A DNA stretch of 55,360 nucleotides, the filler included, from Sphacelaria rigidula (lineage: Eukaryota), in the NCBI GenBank assembly GCA_964200075.2. It is 2 parts of 2 records of this genome, joined end to end, with 100 filler letters (N's around TTAATTAATTAA, not from the genome) between each part and the next. Parts side by side here need not be neighbours in the genome. Positions count along the whole stretch, not along the records: positions 27,732 to 55,360 come from CAXNAA020000114.1; 1 more part is not named here. The stretch is one strand, 5' to 3'. A program made the translations under genes and the position numbers. Of this stretch, positions 38,996 through 51,660 are shown piece by piece (positions within the stretch are counted from its first letter, which is position 1; the number at the start of each line of letters is the position of its first letter). Under the pieces are notes generated by a model, which did no database searches, was not told the DNA's origin, and worked only from the letters and a program-made list of their open reading frames with translations.

Positions 38996-41900
38996 GTACG
39001 TTACGTACGAGATTTGGTCACTGGTTACATATACTCTTTTTTTATGCGAGTACCCAACATCTGCGACCCTTTTGTCGGATCCCTGAGCGGAAGACAAGGA
39101 GTATCCGGGGTTTCAAGCCCACAAGTAGCAGCAGTTCTTCACGGTCAGTGGAGCAGAAGCAATAATCGGAACAAAACCAATTGGATCAGAGCTATTTTCC
39201 TCAAAAAAATCGTTTTCCCCATTGTAACGGCTCGAGTCATCCATCGATGTTCTCGTTTCCCAAAAGTAGGGTTCGTGTTTGACAACGAAGTCCTCTGGTA
39301 GCCTACCACGAGAACCCTCCGCACCGTATGGGTTCCAAGCCTTGGGAAAAAGGCTACACAAACATACACCATGCAACATACACGTTGACCATGTCCAACA
39401 TCTGCGCCTTCGGGGAAACTGAACTTTATTATTTGGTTTCTTTATGTACTCACGTATACGATTATCAGGTTTCGTGTAACCGTCGTTTCCTCATCGCATG
39501 TGCCACGGAGGTACAACATTATGAGAACCCGCCCACATCTCTCCCAATACTGAAAATAATCCGACACATTTGAGCGCACTATGACCGCAAGTGGCAATGT
39601 GGTGGACAAAAAAAGATGAATTCAATGATGAAAATACTTTTCTCCAGTTTTCAGCAAAAACCAGACTTCAATCGGCGGACGGCTACGAATTGCCCTTTAC
39701 CCCGTCAAATATTGAGACCAGTGCAACGAACGAGTGTGGAAGATAGCGCGAAAAACCTAGCACAAGCAAGTTCGAAACAAGCAATGGGGGAAACTGGAAT
39801 AATGTCACTTATTAAAGAGTCGGATGTTTTGCCGCAGATGAAGGGCGGTCGCCGTATTCTGACCCACTATTGATACCCATATACAAGACACAGCGGCGGC
39901 GAACGCTGGGGATAAGCTGTACAAGCATGGAGAGTCCGTAAAAACAGGAATGCTCTAGACTCGAGCCGTGCCTATAAGGCACCATATTTTACTATTTGTA
40001 GGAGGTTTCGATGGGAAAATGCTTGAATGTTGCGCAAGGTGGGGGTGGATATCAACCGGTCAGCATTTATCGGTTACAGCTGTGCAAGGAAAACGTCATA
40101 ACGCGACGGAACCAGAGCCCTAGAGTATAACAGTGACTTACTGAGTTTCGTTTGTCCTTGGTTTCTCGCCGCTGGCAGGTCTTGTTCCCGTCGTCTGGTC
40201 AGGCTCCCACTCCGATGGATGTGGTACGTGTTGTTGCTGAACGATATCACCCTGGTAGATCTTTGGATCATTGTGGTATGGTCATACTTCGAAGTACGTG
40301 GTCTCTGAACGCGTTTTGTCTTGTCAATGTAAGACGACGAGGAGGAGATCCCGTGCTGTTCCCGTGCTACAAGAAGATTGACAGCCGATAAAATCGTCAA
40401 TGTTGAAGACTTGCTTGCTTGCAATGGCGAACCAGAATTCACGAAGTGACTCTTGTCAGAGTAAAGCGGAGAGGGGTTCGGTCGGCGTTTTGCCACGTGC
40501 TCCAACGCAAGTAGAAGATCACAACTTTGAGCGACATGAAACTGTGGAAGTTATGGAAGCACATGAATAACTCACTAAAGCCCAAGGCGTGTTGTCGGTA
40601 CTGCAATTGCGGAAGAGATATAACTATCCCGCCTAGCGCTGGTGATCAAGATTATGAAAAGCTAGCTACCCGTGTGGGTGAGCTGGTTTGCTGCTCTATG
40701 AATGAGAGGAGATACAATCAAACGCCTGAAGAGGGATTCATAGGTATCTTTCGACCTTACAAAGTCGTCCCGCGGAAGGAGGGAGTGGGTGAGATAATAT
40801 CGAACTACTATGGGGGTAAATACGTAGGTGCATAATAGCATGTGTGAGGGCCATCAAAGTGTTCCAAACGTCTGGAAAAAGAAACTGGAAACAAGCCAAC
40901 ATAGCGTGTATCAATATCTGACACAAGGGTTTATACCCGACTCGTGTGTTGACAGGAAGATGGCGGTGATTCGGCAACTGCTGCTACATCCCCGACTCCA
41001 ATGCACGTGGAGGAGTATGATCTCTTCCGCATTGTGAGTAGGAAGCATCACTGAATATTTTCTCACGATCTGTACGCTCGTGTATTTCGCGTTCGTGCGG
41101 TTTCATGTCTTAGATCGGCTAGATGTGATCGTCTAAAGGAAACGTGTGACGTTTTTGATCGTTGCCTTGTAACCGATCGTGAAATACAATCGTTTCCGAG
41201 TCAAATATCAGAAAGGGCAGGCCATTTGCTGAGGAGCTAGAATACTGCCCGACAAAGTGGAAATATTGGTAGCCCGCAAGTTGTCTGCCAAGCGAACACT
41301 TGACCTCCGTGCTACTCTAGAGCGCTTACTAGGTCAGGGGTGAAGTGTCCGCTTGATGAAGAAAATGTGATGTTTGTGGATTAACCCCGCCTTGAGCACA
41401 TCAGATGTCTGTAAGGCCGCGCCCCTTTCAAGCGTATGTTCTGTTCGAGACACGGATTTCAGTAGCAAAATATCACGCTCGGATTTCACGAATCTCGTAC
41501 CTCAAACAGGCCTTTGACCTCTGAAGTGCTTAGCACTGAGTGTTCACTGGTTCAGAGGTCGAATATCTGCTTCGGGACGAATGCTGGGATAATCGTATCT
41601 CAGACGGGATCGCCCAGTGCTTTCTTACTATAATACTGAACCTGTGAAAAGCACGGTGGTGCGAAGACTGAGTAGATAAAATGACCTCGTGCTTGCTACA
41701 CAGGCACCAATGAAAGCAGCACTGGTCAAGGAGAGGAAGAGCAAGGATCCAAGGCAGCCCCGCATCTGATGTCTCACATTTTGATCATCCGCTCAAGTAT
41801 CTCGCCGGTCATCACACCGATTTTCCCCGAATTGTCGAATACGCCTGGGACATCATACATGGGACATCTCAACAATTCATCGCACCGACATACCCCAAAT

Positions 41901-43852
41901 CGTCACCATAGTCGCGTAAGCACACATGCGCACCAAGAAGTACGTTACACCCTATTCTACAGGTGGTCACCGAGCAGCCTTGTCGAGTCTAAACAGGCCA
42001 ACGCCTCAGTTGGTGTCGTCTTGGTTCAAGTGGAAGAATGACCGGCAGTTACAATCACAGCCTCCTAGCAGCCAAAGGGGAAATTTGCTTGCCTACGGTT
42101 TGCGTGAGGTTCGTGCACTAAGCCGTACACCCGAGGAAAGTTTACATGGTTTGCCATGATGGAGTAATCAAACTTCCCAATATCGATTTGCGTGCCCATT
42201 TCCACACATACGGGCATTCAGACCCCGTAGTAAGTAGATATTCAGTCGTTCTGGATTCGACTCCCGTAAGCGTCGGAACACGCGAAGATCAAGTCATTCC
42301 TACCCTTTTGCAACCTGAGCGTATGAATATTCTACACTCGAATTCTGCACTGAATGAAAGGAACGAACACACTGTCCGTGCTGTCAGGTGTTGGAATTGA
42401 ACTACAGAGAACATCACCCTCTCCTTCACAGCGGCATCTCCTTCAGTCAAGCTTTCAAACTTCTTACTTTCGCCGTGCTCGGAGCCCATCCCTATTCTTC
42501 CGAGAATCTATATTGCAGCAGCAGAATTTTGTCGCGGCTCCGTCCGGCTTTCGGTTTCCTCCCCTGGTGTCGGGCAATACATGAGTTATAGAGCCACTTG
42601 TTGCGTGCGAGAACACTCCGGGTACGTCAATGCGTGAATCATTCAAGGCCACCGTTACATACGCTGACACCGCTTATCGACACCCAACAGCTGCCGGCAG
42701 TATGGTGCTGTAGGGAAGAGTATGTACGATGTTGTTGGAAAATGTTCTCAGATCGTATGGCTGTCTGCACTGCACACGTCGCGAATTCCTCCGAGCTTTG
42801 TACATGCTAGGATATCGAACGAAATACCTATGAAAGGATACGAGTCGATTCAAAAGCTAAACACGACGATATGTGATGCCCCCTACGGTTCGTCCTAGGA
42901 ATGGCGTGCATCAGCCGGTAAACCAACAAGACGCGCAAAAACGGCATCTCAACCACCCCTTTGGTTTTTCGCGTGAATCGAGAACTCCTGCGCCCTCCTC
43001 TGCGATACCATGCCCATCGTGTGTCCGGTAGGCGAAATCTATTTTCGATCAAGTATCGACATTGTTGCAAACAGCGTCCGACGCAGACAGGAGGCTGTTC
43101 GAGAACGTTGGGCGCCCAGAGTTTGAGGCGAGATGGTGAGAGCACTACCAGCACCATATGCATGCATGAATACCCAAGCCAAGCCTTTCTCGAGTGGAAT
43201 GATGATGAGACGGCGAGACTAGACTATAGTACGATCGAGAATATTGCTATCTCGGAGCCGCGTGTATTTTCCCCCGACTAGGAGGTGATGTCATTATGTG
43301 GCACAATTGTTAGTAGTCCAAATGATACGCGTAAGGTAGCATGCAAGGGTGAAGTCATGCTACGATACGGGGGATGTTCGATTCCATGAAAAAATGGGCT
43401 CACAAATGCTTTACATGTATCTGGATAAACGCGGCGTCAAGCAGTATAAATGAACGTTATTCATCGGAATCAAGCGCGTTTGAACAACCGTTGCTGCTAT
43501 TAACGACGATTTCAAGTAGAATTTCGTGGAAGAAAACTCCCCGGAATACCCCCACCCCTATCGTAGCATTACTCGGTGGTCGCGGCCGGCTACGGTCGAA
43601 CGTTGTGATGGGCCGGTTGTGTTTCAACTGCGGATGTCGAACTCCGACATACCGTACAGTACGCAGTGGTAGCGGAGGTGTCGCTTCTAGCACTGTGACT
43701 ACGCATTCGAAACACCAACCTCTGTCGCTTGCCTGCAAACGTTCATTAAGCGCCCTGTGTAGATACGACGGCATTGCTGTAGTATCAAGTACGACAAGGT
43801 TTGCATAGTCCACGGCATCTCGAAACATGAAGCGGACAGTATGGAGGTGTGC

Positions 43853-45283
43853 ATAAGTTGAGGTGGTGAGATTTTCTGACCAGTGAATCTTCATGCCTAA
43901 ATAAAGTACACATAATATTTTCGTGGATCTCTTGAATGATCGGAAATCAAAACCACTCGTTCGCTATAATTGTCATGACCAGTACCTCTTGAATTATTCG
44001 AGCTACCACAAGAAGACAGTTGGCACGCATGGAATTCGTCGTAGCCGCATGGTGAGATCCATCTCATCGTCATCAAGTACTTCTGCCCAATCATGTTTCA
44101 CGGGCGCTGTCGACTATCTCGTTCGTGGAGTGTCCGGTACTGTAACATGCGAAGTGACGGGAGCGGTCCGACCGAAACAGGCAGACACGAGGTGGTGCGC
44201 ACGACCGATGAACAACACCTCATGGGTACGTCGTGAACGGAAAGCCTGACCTCATGTACTTCACTCACCCTCCCCGCGCCCTTACACTACGAATGCCTTG
44301 TAGGCGTGACCCCACGTACCTGGACTCGTTAGCGACAACCATCGAAGCGTACTTCTTCACCACAACCACCTACCCGCCTGAGGACCACGAGTGCTGACGA
44401 CAGCATCAACCAGCTCAGTGTCCTTATGATCTTGATGAGTACACTGAGCTGGTTGATGCTGTCGTCAGCACTCGTGGTCCTCAGGCGGGTAGGTGGTTGT
44501 GATGAAGAAGTACGCTTCGATGGTTGTCGCTAACGAGTCTAGGTACGTAGGGTCACGCCTACAAGGCATTCGTAGTGTAAGGGCGTGGGGAGGGTGAGTG
44601 GAGTAGATGAGGTTAGCATTGCTGTTCACGACGTATCAATGAGGTTTGCGCATCGATCGTCCGATACACGTTTCGTAAGTGGAGGTGAGGAGGTCTTTTG
44701 ATTGGTGAATCCTCATGCCTAGAGAGTAGATATGGCACTTTCGTTGATATCTTGAATGATCGAAAATCAAAACCACTCGTTCGCTATAGTTTGTATCACC
44801 AGTACCTCTTAAATTACTCCAGCTATCACAAAAAATCAGTTGGCACGCACGGAATTCGTCGTAGCCGTATGTTGCGATCTATCTCATCGTCATCAAGTAC
44901 TCATGCTCGATCATGTTTGCCGGACGCCGTCGACTATGCTGTTCGTGGAGTTTGCGGTACTGTAACATGCGAGGTGACGGGAGCGGTCTGAGCGAAACAA
45001 TAAGATACAAACGTGTATCAGACGATCGATGAACAACACCTCATGGATACGTCGTGAACTGGCGACGCTAACATCATGTACTCCACCCACCCTTTCTGCG
45101 TCCTTACACTACGAATGCGTTGTAGGCGGGACCCCACGTACCTGGACGAGTTCACGGCGAACATGGAGAGGTACGTTGTCACGACCATCACCTACCCGCC
45201 GGAGGACCACGAGTGCTGACCTTATCAAGCAGCTCTGTGGGGAGGTGGATGGTGCCGGAGCTATCTACACGTGGGATTTATAG
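43853..45283 (+). pseudogene. Triplicated fragment of an unknown coding sequence: direct copy, inverted partial copy, direct copy
   Basis: 43853-44421 aligns with 44674-45236; 44441-44672 is an inverted partial copy; differences between the direct copies are mostly synonymous in the frame FVDxLNDRKSKPLVRY...HGIRRSRM. Confidence 0.7.
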
Positions 45284-47199
45284 CCTCTCTTTAATACGAG
45301 TTGGGACGATGTATTACTTACTGTAGTGAGAATGTGGGGGGCTTGAGAACAAAGAAGAAACGAAAAGGAAAACATGATGAAGGGCCACACGGCTCTCTCT
45401 CTATATATATATAGAGAGAAAGGCGTGTGTCTTAGAGCTCGGCGGGGGCAACAGGGACACCAGCTGATGAGTAAATGTGCTACTGTGAGGTCAACTACCG
45501 CAGCGAAACCAGGCCCTCATGTACCTGCAGCATGAGGCTTCGCCTGCCTGGTTGATGGTGTGGAGCAAACTTGCTAGAAAAATGCTGGAAGCAACTTTGA
45601 AAACATCACCAGACGGTGACTGGATGGTGCCATCACGGTGTCATCTTCCTTTACGTCACGTTTACTGAGAACTTGAGGTAGAATACATGGGTATGAAGAG
45701 CCAGGAGTTGATGACGGTTGGGATGTTTTCCGGAGAAGAGACTTTCAAGGGCATCTGTCTGCTGTAACCGCGAAAAAACACATTCACGTGTCGACTACTT
45801 CCGCGCCGCAATAGGGGCATAAGTCGAGATTCTACACAGCGAGGACTTGTGCGTTGCAGTCGTGGGAAGCACGTTCTCCACTTGTTCAACCTGAGGGTTT
45901 ACACCACCCTCGTGACCTAGTATATGCTGCTGAAGCTATTCAAGGCAAACGCTGTGCCAGGAGCCTGCACACCTGGGAACCAGGGGAGACTAAGGAACAG
46001 AGAACGCCGGGTGGTATTTAGACTCGCCTGCCGACGTACGACAAATGGGGGAGAAAATATCGTGTTTCAGGTGTCGGGGCAGTAAACCGGCTTGTGCATA
46101 GTATGGAGGCATCTTGCGGGCTTGGAACACGTTACGATTCCTGCGCTCTTCGTCTTGTTCCCCACTTTCGAAAAAGTATGGGCCAATGACGCAATTCAGG
46201 GGGCGGCCGAGCAGCTCAAGCTTCCTGTACCGCGAGGAGCGGACACAATGAGGCATGGGCAAGAGGGCGCATACGGCCAACGGATGTTACAAGATACGCT
46301 ATGCATATGTCATTACAAGGAGCCGCTGACAACTGTCGGTCCTGTCGCGGACAGCACCACAGGTTGCAACAGTTTTCCAGCAAAACGCTGTGGCACCGCA
46401 ACGGCAAGATTTTCAGCCGACCGAGGATACTTTCTACGAGAGCCTCCCCCCCGTAAAAAGTGGCTGGTTTGGGCGGGTAAAATCCACGCGTTAGTCGAAA
46501 TGGGAATAGCCGAGCACAACGAGCAGCTGGGAATTCCCACGCTTGAGTTCGTTTTCGCCAATGGCGCCCATGTGAGGCGCTTGATGCAGTCTGAACCTAA
46601 ACACCAGGCGCTGTATGACCATTTTTTCCGTGAGAATTTGTGGCTGGTTTTCTTCGGGGGGGGGGGGGGGGGCTATTGTAGAAAGTGTCCGAGATCTCCG
46701 ATGCACAATGTTCGCCAGTCTCTCGAACGCCCCCTTATTTCGAGTTGTGACACGATTTCAGTAAAGGTGTAATGTGTATAGGAGATTTGAGGCTGACGAG
46801 ACAACGCGAAGGGTGCGAATGCCCTGTGTTTGGGAACAGCTGTATTGAGGCAACTAATATCTCCACACGTCGAGATCGAGTCGTGGTAGGTAGGAATGAC
46901 GAGATTTACCGTGCAGGACTACGCAAAATTGTCGTTACGGGCGGTGACCTAGGTTCTCGGTCGCACGTCTACGCTGAGAGAGCTTGGACATGAACGACGG
47001 GCGTGTGAGAGGCTAGGTGTGTGTTTGTTGGTTGGCGAGGTATTGCTGTATATTGGATAGCGTATTCTTTAGCTTCTCGATTGTTTCGCTTTAGAGCTTC
47101 AACCCAGAGAAGAATAGACAAAATGTGCCTATCTATGTTTCGGTTTGTTGAGGAATTCATCCAGAATTTATCGGGAGTGGCGCCTATATTTAGTGGCGC

Positions 47200-49750
47200 G
47201 AAATATCCACATTTTAAAGCGCAGCGTCGATATCGCAAGCTGGCCTGGACCGCGAGAAGGTGGGATGGGGACTGTTCCAAACGATGATAGCCAAGGCGTA
47301 CGCATGGTGATGTCTCGCTGTTTGAAGTCAGTAAGTCCGGCAGTATGGACCAGCTCGTCTGGTGATACTACATGGCGTGGATAACGTGTTGGGCACGTCG
47401 CACGCGCGTTATGGACGACAGGTGTGTAGCTTTGTTCTTTATATTCGAAAATGAAAAAAGAGGAGTGCATGAGAGTTTGAGTTTTGTACTTGCGTATTCA
47501 AAGATTGGTGTGTGGGCGTGATGTCGGCTCTTCCATGGCATTGGATATTATGGCCCCGACAGGTGTTAGCCCATGTTTTGTGGCTTTGTTTTGCGCTTGA
47601 GTTGCGGTATGAAAGGGGTGCCCTGATCATTCGATGTCGTACAGTGGGCGCAGCGTTTTGGGGTAGAGCTGTCTCCGTTTCGTGAATGGTGAGCGATTCA
47701 GCCGTGTTCGTTTCGGGTTTGGGTGTAGCACAAGCGACGTGTACCCGATCGCGGGCCGGGGGGCTTGGGACTGTTTTTGTTCGTGGGAAATCATCCGGGA
47801 GTTTCGCAGTGGTTTGCTTGTGTACATGAGAAGAGGTATGCAGGTGCTGACGTTTGCTTGCATCTTGTACACAAAAACGTGATCTACAGCCGTTGGCTTT
47901 AGCGCCGCGTTTGCGCGTGGGATATGAAGCGAAGGGACGGGCGCATGCTAAATGAGGAAGGGCGGCGTGAAGGCGTTGACCTCAGCTCTCGTGTCATGAA
48001 CGATGACTGGCGCCGAGGTGTTAGGAAGTGGGCAGTAGTTTTGTACATGAGGCGTGGCATGGAGGCTTGCACTCTTGTTTTTGTGTACATGACGAAGTGG
48101 TATCCAGATACACCATGTGGATTTCCCTCGTAAGTTTGTTAACGATGAGCGGAAAGTGAAGGTATTGGTTTTGGCTTCTGGTCTTGAACTGGCCGAGTGG
48201 TGTCCCCTCGAAGGGCGTGGGCTTTGGTCTTCCGTGTGTACAGCATGTCGAATACGCTTGCGAGAAGCTCTTTCTTGTCATATTGGGTGTTTCTTGTGCT
48301 ACTCGAGGCATTATTACGCACATGACGTGGGTCGTCCGGCATTGTACATGGCGGCATGTCATTTGAGATGTACATGCCAAAACGTAGTGTTGATGTCGCA
48401 AGCTGACCTGGATCATGATAAGTTGAACTGAAGGCGGTTTTGGATGACGTTAGCCGAGATATATGCGTGATGGCTATGGGTTGTTGTATGAGACTGGTGA
48501 GCCTGGCAGTTCACAACCGCTCGGTCTATGATGCTTGATAGCACGGCCATAGTATTGGGCACGCCGCACAAACCGTACTTGGTGGCAGTTGTGTAGCTTT
48601 GATTTTCTTATGTGTGGGGATAGCGAGAGGACGTGAGAAGTTGCGGGTTTATTTCACACACGAAGATAAGTCCGAAAGTGTAGAACTGGCTTAGAATATT
48701 GTGTTGGAGGTTGTGGGCCTGGCAGGTGTTGGCGTCCGGTTTTTGTCTCGCGTATGAGTTGTACAGGAGAAGTAGAGTTTTGGTGTGGACTTTGTTCAAC
48801 TTCGGGCTCGAGGAGATCAGTAGTTGGCACGCTGTTTGACCGCATGCATGGGGCCCGGTTTCGGTTCTGCGCATGGGGTCGCCCAGAAGCTGTGTTTAGA
48901 TTCGGTTTTGTATATAACTATTACTAATATTATAACTGTCAAGGTTTCGACGTTCGTCGGCATGTTGTATATATGAAGAGTGACTTGCAGTCGGTGGCGT
49001 GCCCTTTGCTCTCAGCTGCGAGGCGTGAAGTGAAAGAGGAGTCTTTCTTCAATTGGGAAGTGACGTGAGGGTGTTTGTCTCCGCTTGGCGTCGTGATGAG
49101 AACTGCTACTGACGCGATGGCAGCATTTTAATCTTGTACAGAGCGAGTGATGTTGGGTAGCGGACCTCTAGTGTTAAGAATGGTGAGCGGAGCGAATGGA
49201 CGTGCTGCAATATGTCCACGAGGGAGTAGCATCCAGACGTGGACTTCTGATTGCGAGTGTACATCGGCGTATAGTGAATTTTGGGTTTTATTTTTGGCCT
49301 TGTACAGGGCTATCGTGGTGTAGAATCAAAGACAGGAGATTTGGTCTTTCGTGTGTATAGCATGGTTCACACCTCATTGTCGGGGGGAATGCTGTGATGG
49401 CGCTGTTTTGTGCGTGATGATTCACAAGCAAGACGTGGTTCATCTCTCGTACTATATATGGCCAATAGATGTCACCTGTGATATTCTTTTAGAATGCGGT
49501 GTCGATGTCGCTCACTGGTATTGACCATGAGAGGATGGGCTAGGGGCAGTGTCACACCATGTTACTAGACGCGTGTGCGTGGTTGTTTTGTCTTCTTGTT
49601 TGCAGTCGGTGGTGAGGATGTTTGATGAGATGGGCGACGTGTTGGGCACATCGCACCATCCGCTGTTGATAGCAGTTGTGTAGCTTTGATGCTCTTCATG
49701 AGGGTCGAAGAAGGCGGGGGACGGTCGGTTTGAGTTTGTGCATGAAGATT
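47200..49750. repeat. Ancient diverged tandem array, period ~1.09-1.17 kb (~2.3 units)
   Basis: GTGTAGCTTTG at 47424, 48591, 49678; TTGGGCAC at 47389, 48555, 49642; TCGCAAGCTG.CCTGGA at 47233 and 48396; TTTGGTCTT.CGTGTGTA.AGCATG at ~48223 and ~49340. Confidence 0.7.
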
Positions 49751-51660
49751 GATGTGAAGATGTGAGCATGACTTGCAATATTAGTTGCTGGCTACGTTTT
49801 TTCGCATGACTTATGTGTTTGAGAAAAATAGAGAGTCAATTTTCGTTTTACAGAAGAGTGAGGATACAACTAATAACGCTATTCGACACAATATTTTACC
49901 CAGGCGCGGAAGAGCTTCTCGCACGGAGTTTATAACAACTTTATCACCCCCTCCCCGACGAGACTGTGCCTGGTTCACTACACTGCTCACGTGCCTGCCC
50001 CCTATCAAAAATGGGGAGCGCAAGGGTGATATCCAGCGAATGTCGTACTCCACCCCAAGTGAGCCAAGCCATTTTCCCGGTACCCAGGCATATGCATGTT
50101 AGTTCGTGCTGGTCCAGCATTTTCACAATGCACTTTTAACACCCATGTATTATCGCCTAGACGACGACAGAATAGAGGGTTCCGGGGGTGGAAGCTGCAA
50201 GCGGGTCCCCTATTTCGTCAGGTAAAACTACAGCATGCAGTGAGTATGAGCAACTGTGATGAATATCACAATACACTCTACGGGTGGAAAAGCAAAGTAG
50301 ATGGGATGAGGTGGAGCGAGGAAGTGGGAACATCGTCGCTGTTTTGATGTTCACCCTCCCCCGTGCTCGTGGACCATCTTCATGGTGTGCGAGAGACTGC
50401 TGTCGTCCTGCTCCATGCATCACTTTCTACACCATCACGAAGGCGACGCTCATGCCGTGTGGTCATTAGCGCTCCGCTGCATAACGTTCACTAGGTGTAC
50501 ATGAACTCCCTCAACTCAACACCACGGGTAAAACCTGATTGGAGTCGTTCGAGATAGAGTCGGGGTCAAAATCACCAACTATATTTACAAAGTGGGGTCA
50601 GAGGTGTGTTCACTAGTCCTGCTATGGACAGAGAAAAACAAACGGCGACTTGTCTGATACAATATTATATCCTCCCGTCCGACTGAACACGTCTCTATGA
50701 CCTTGTGCGGGCGAGCGTGTTCCGCGGAACAACCACGACCTTGCGTCAGCTTTCCTCAGGCGTCGTGAGAACGATTCCAGGGTGTTTTTGAACGTCTCTG
50801 GAAATGATGAAGAAGGAACACTTCTTATGAGAGGAAAAGCGCCGCCATTCGTGTTTCGGACGAGAAACCCCGTTGCTGAAAACGTTTTACAGATGTCAAA
50901 ATGAAAATTTTCATTCATGGAAAACTCCCTGTCCTTTACGATTTCCTGGTAGAGCTCGGAAAAAAAAAAATGAAATCATTTTCTTGAAAGATGTATGAAG
51001 CGGGTGACAGCGGCCTTCTTAACCTAGGCACACCCGTTTCGAATCCATCAAAGGAGAAAGATTTCAGACTCTTCTCAGGGTTAGGAGCTTCGAAACAAGG
51101 AAACACCTTCTCCGCATCACTTTGTCTACGGTTTGTCGCAGCTAATTAGCTGTATGAGCTTTAGAGACGGGAGCAACAGCATGAGCAACAAGGGGAATGC
51201 TACTGAGCTGCTGGATTAGGCACGGCAACGTGTTGAAGCACACGACAACATGATCATCTAAGCATTACACATGTACGCCACAATACTCGTCCGGTAGTAG
51301 TTTCGTGTAGACAATGGAGCCGTGTCTTCTACACACTTGTGGCATACCCCACATGCTTCCCCTTGCCTTTTGCCATCCCAAGCTTGCTGAATTGTTTTGG
51401 GCATGGTGTCTTCTCTCAGCTGTGGTCCTTGACACGCCACCCAAGCCATGTCAGGCAAGACGTTTTGGTCAGCGCTCGATGGTGCGAGCCATACATGAAA
51501 CGGCAAGTAGGCGATGTGTTACAAGACACCCTTGCTCGTTGTGGAAGCATGTCTCGTTTCAGGCGAAAGCTTTCAATGGCTTCTACAAAGTGCCCCTGTC
51601 GCCAGTGGGCGTTGATCATTCACGGCAAAAGGCGCACCGCACCTCACAGATCGCAGTGTA

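Noticed and set aside
45464..45510. Hammerhead ribozyme (CTGATGA...GAAAC)
   Set aside because: Core motifs are present, but stem II and the flanking stems could not be paired convincingly.
45520..46772. Transposase remnant or gene (HLPLRHVY..., RKNTFTC, 226-aa ORF 46092-46772)
   Set aside because: Only a vague resemblance; no catalytic motifs could be recovered and the frames are broken. A profile search is needed.
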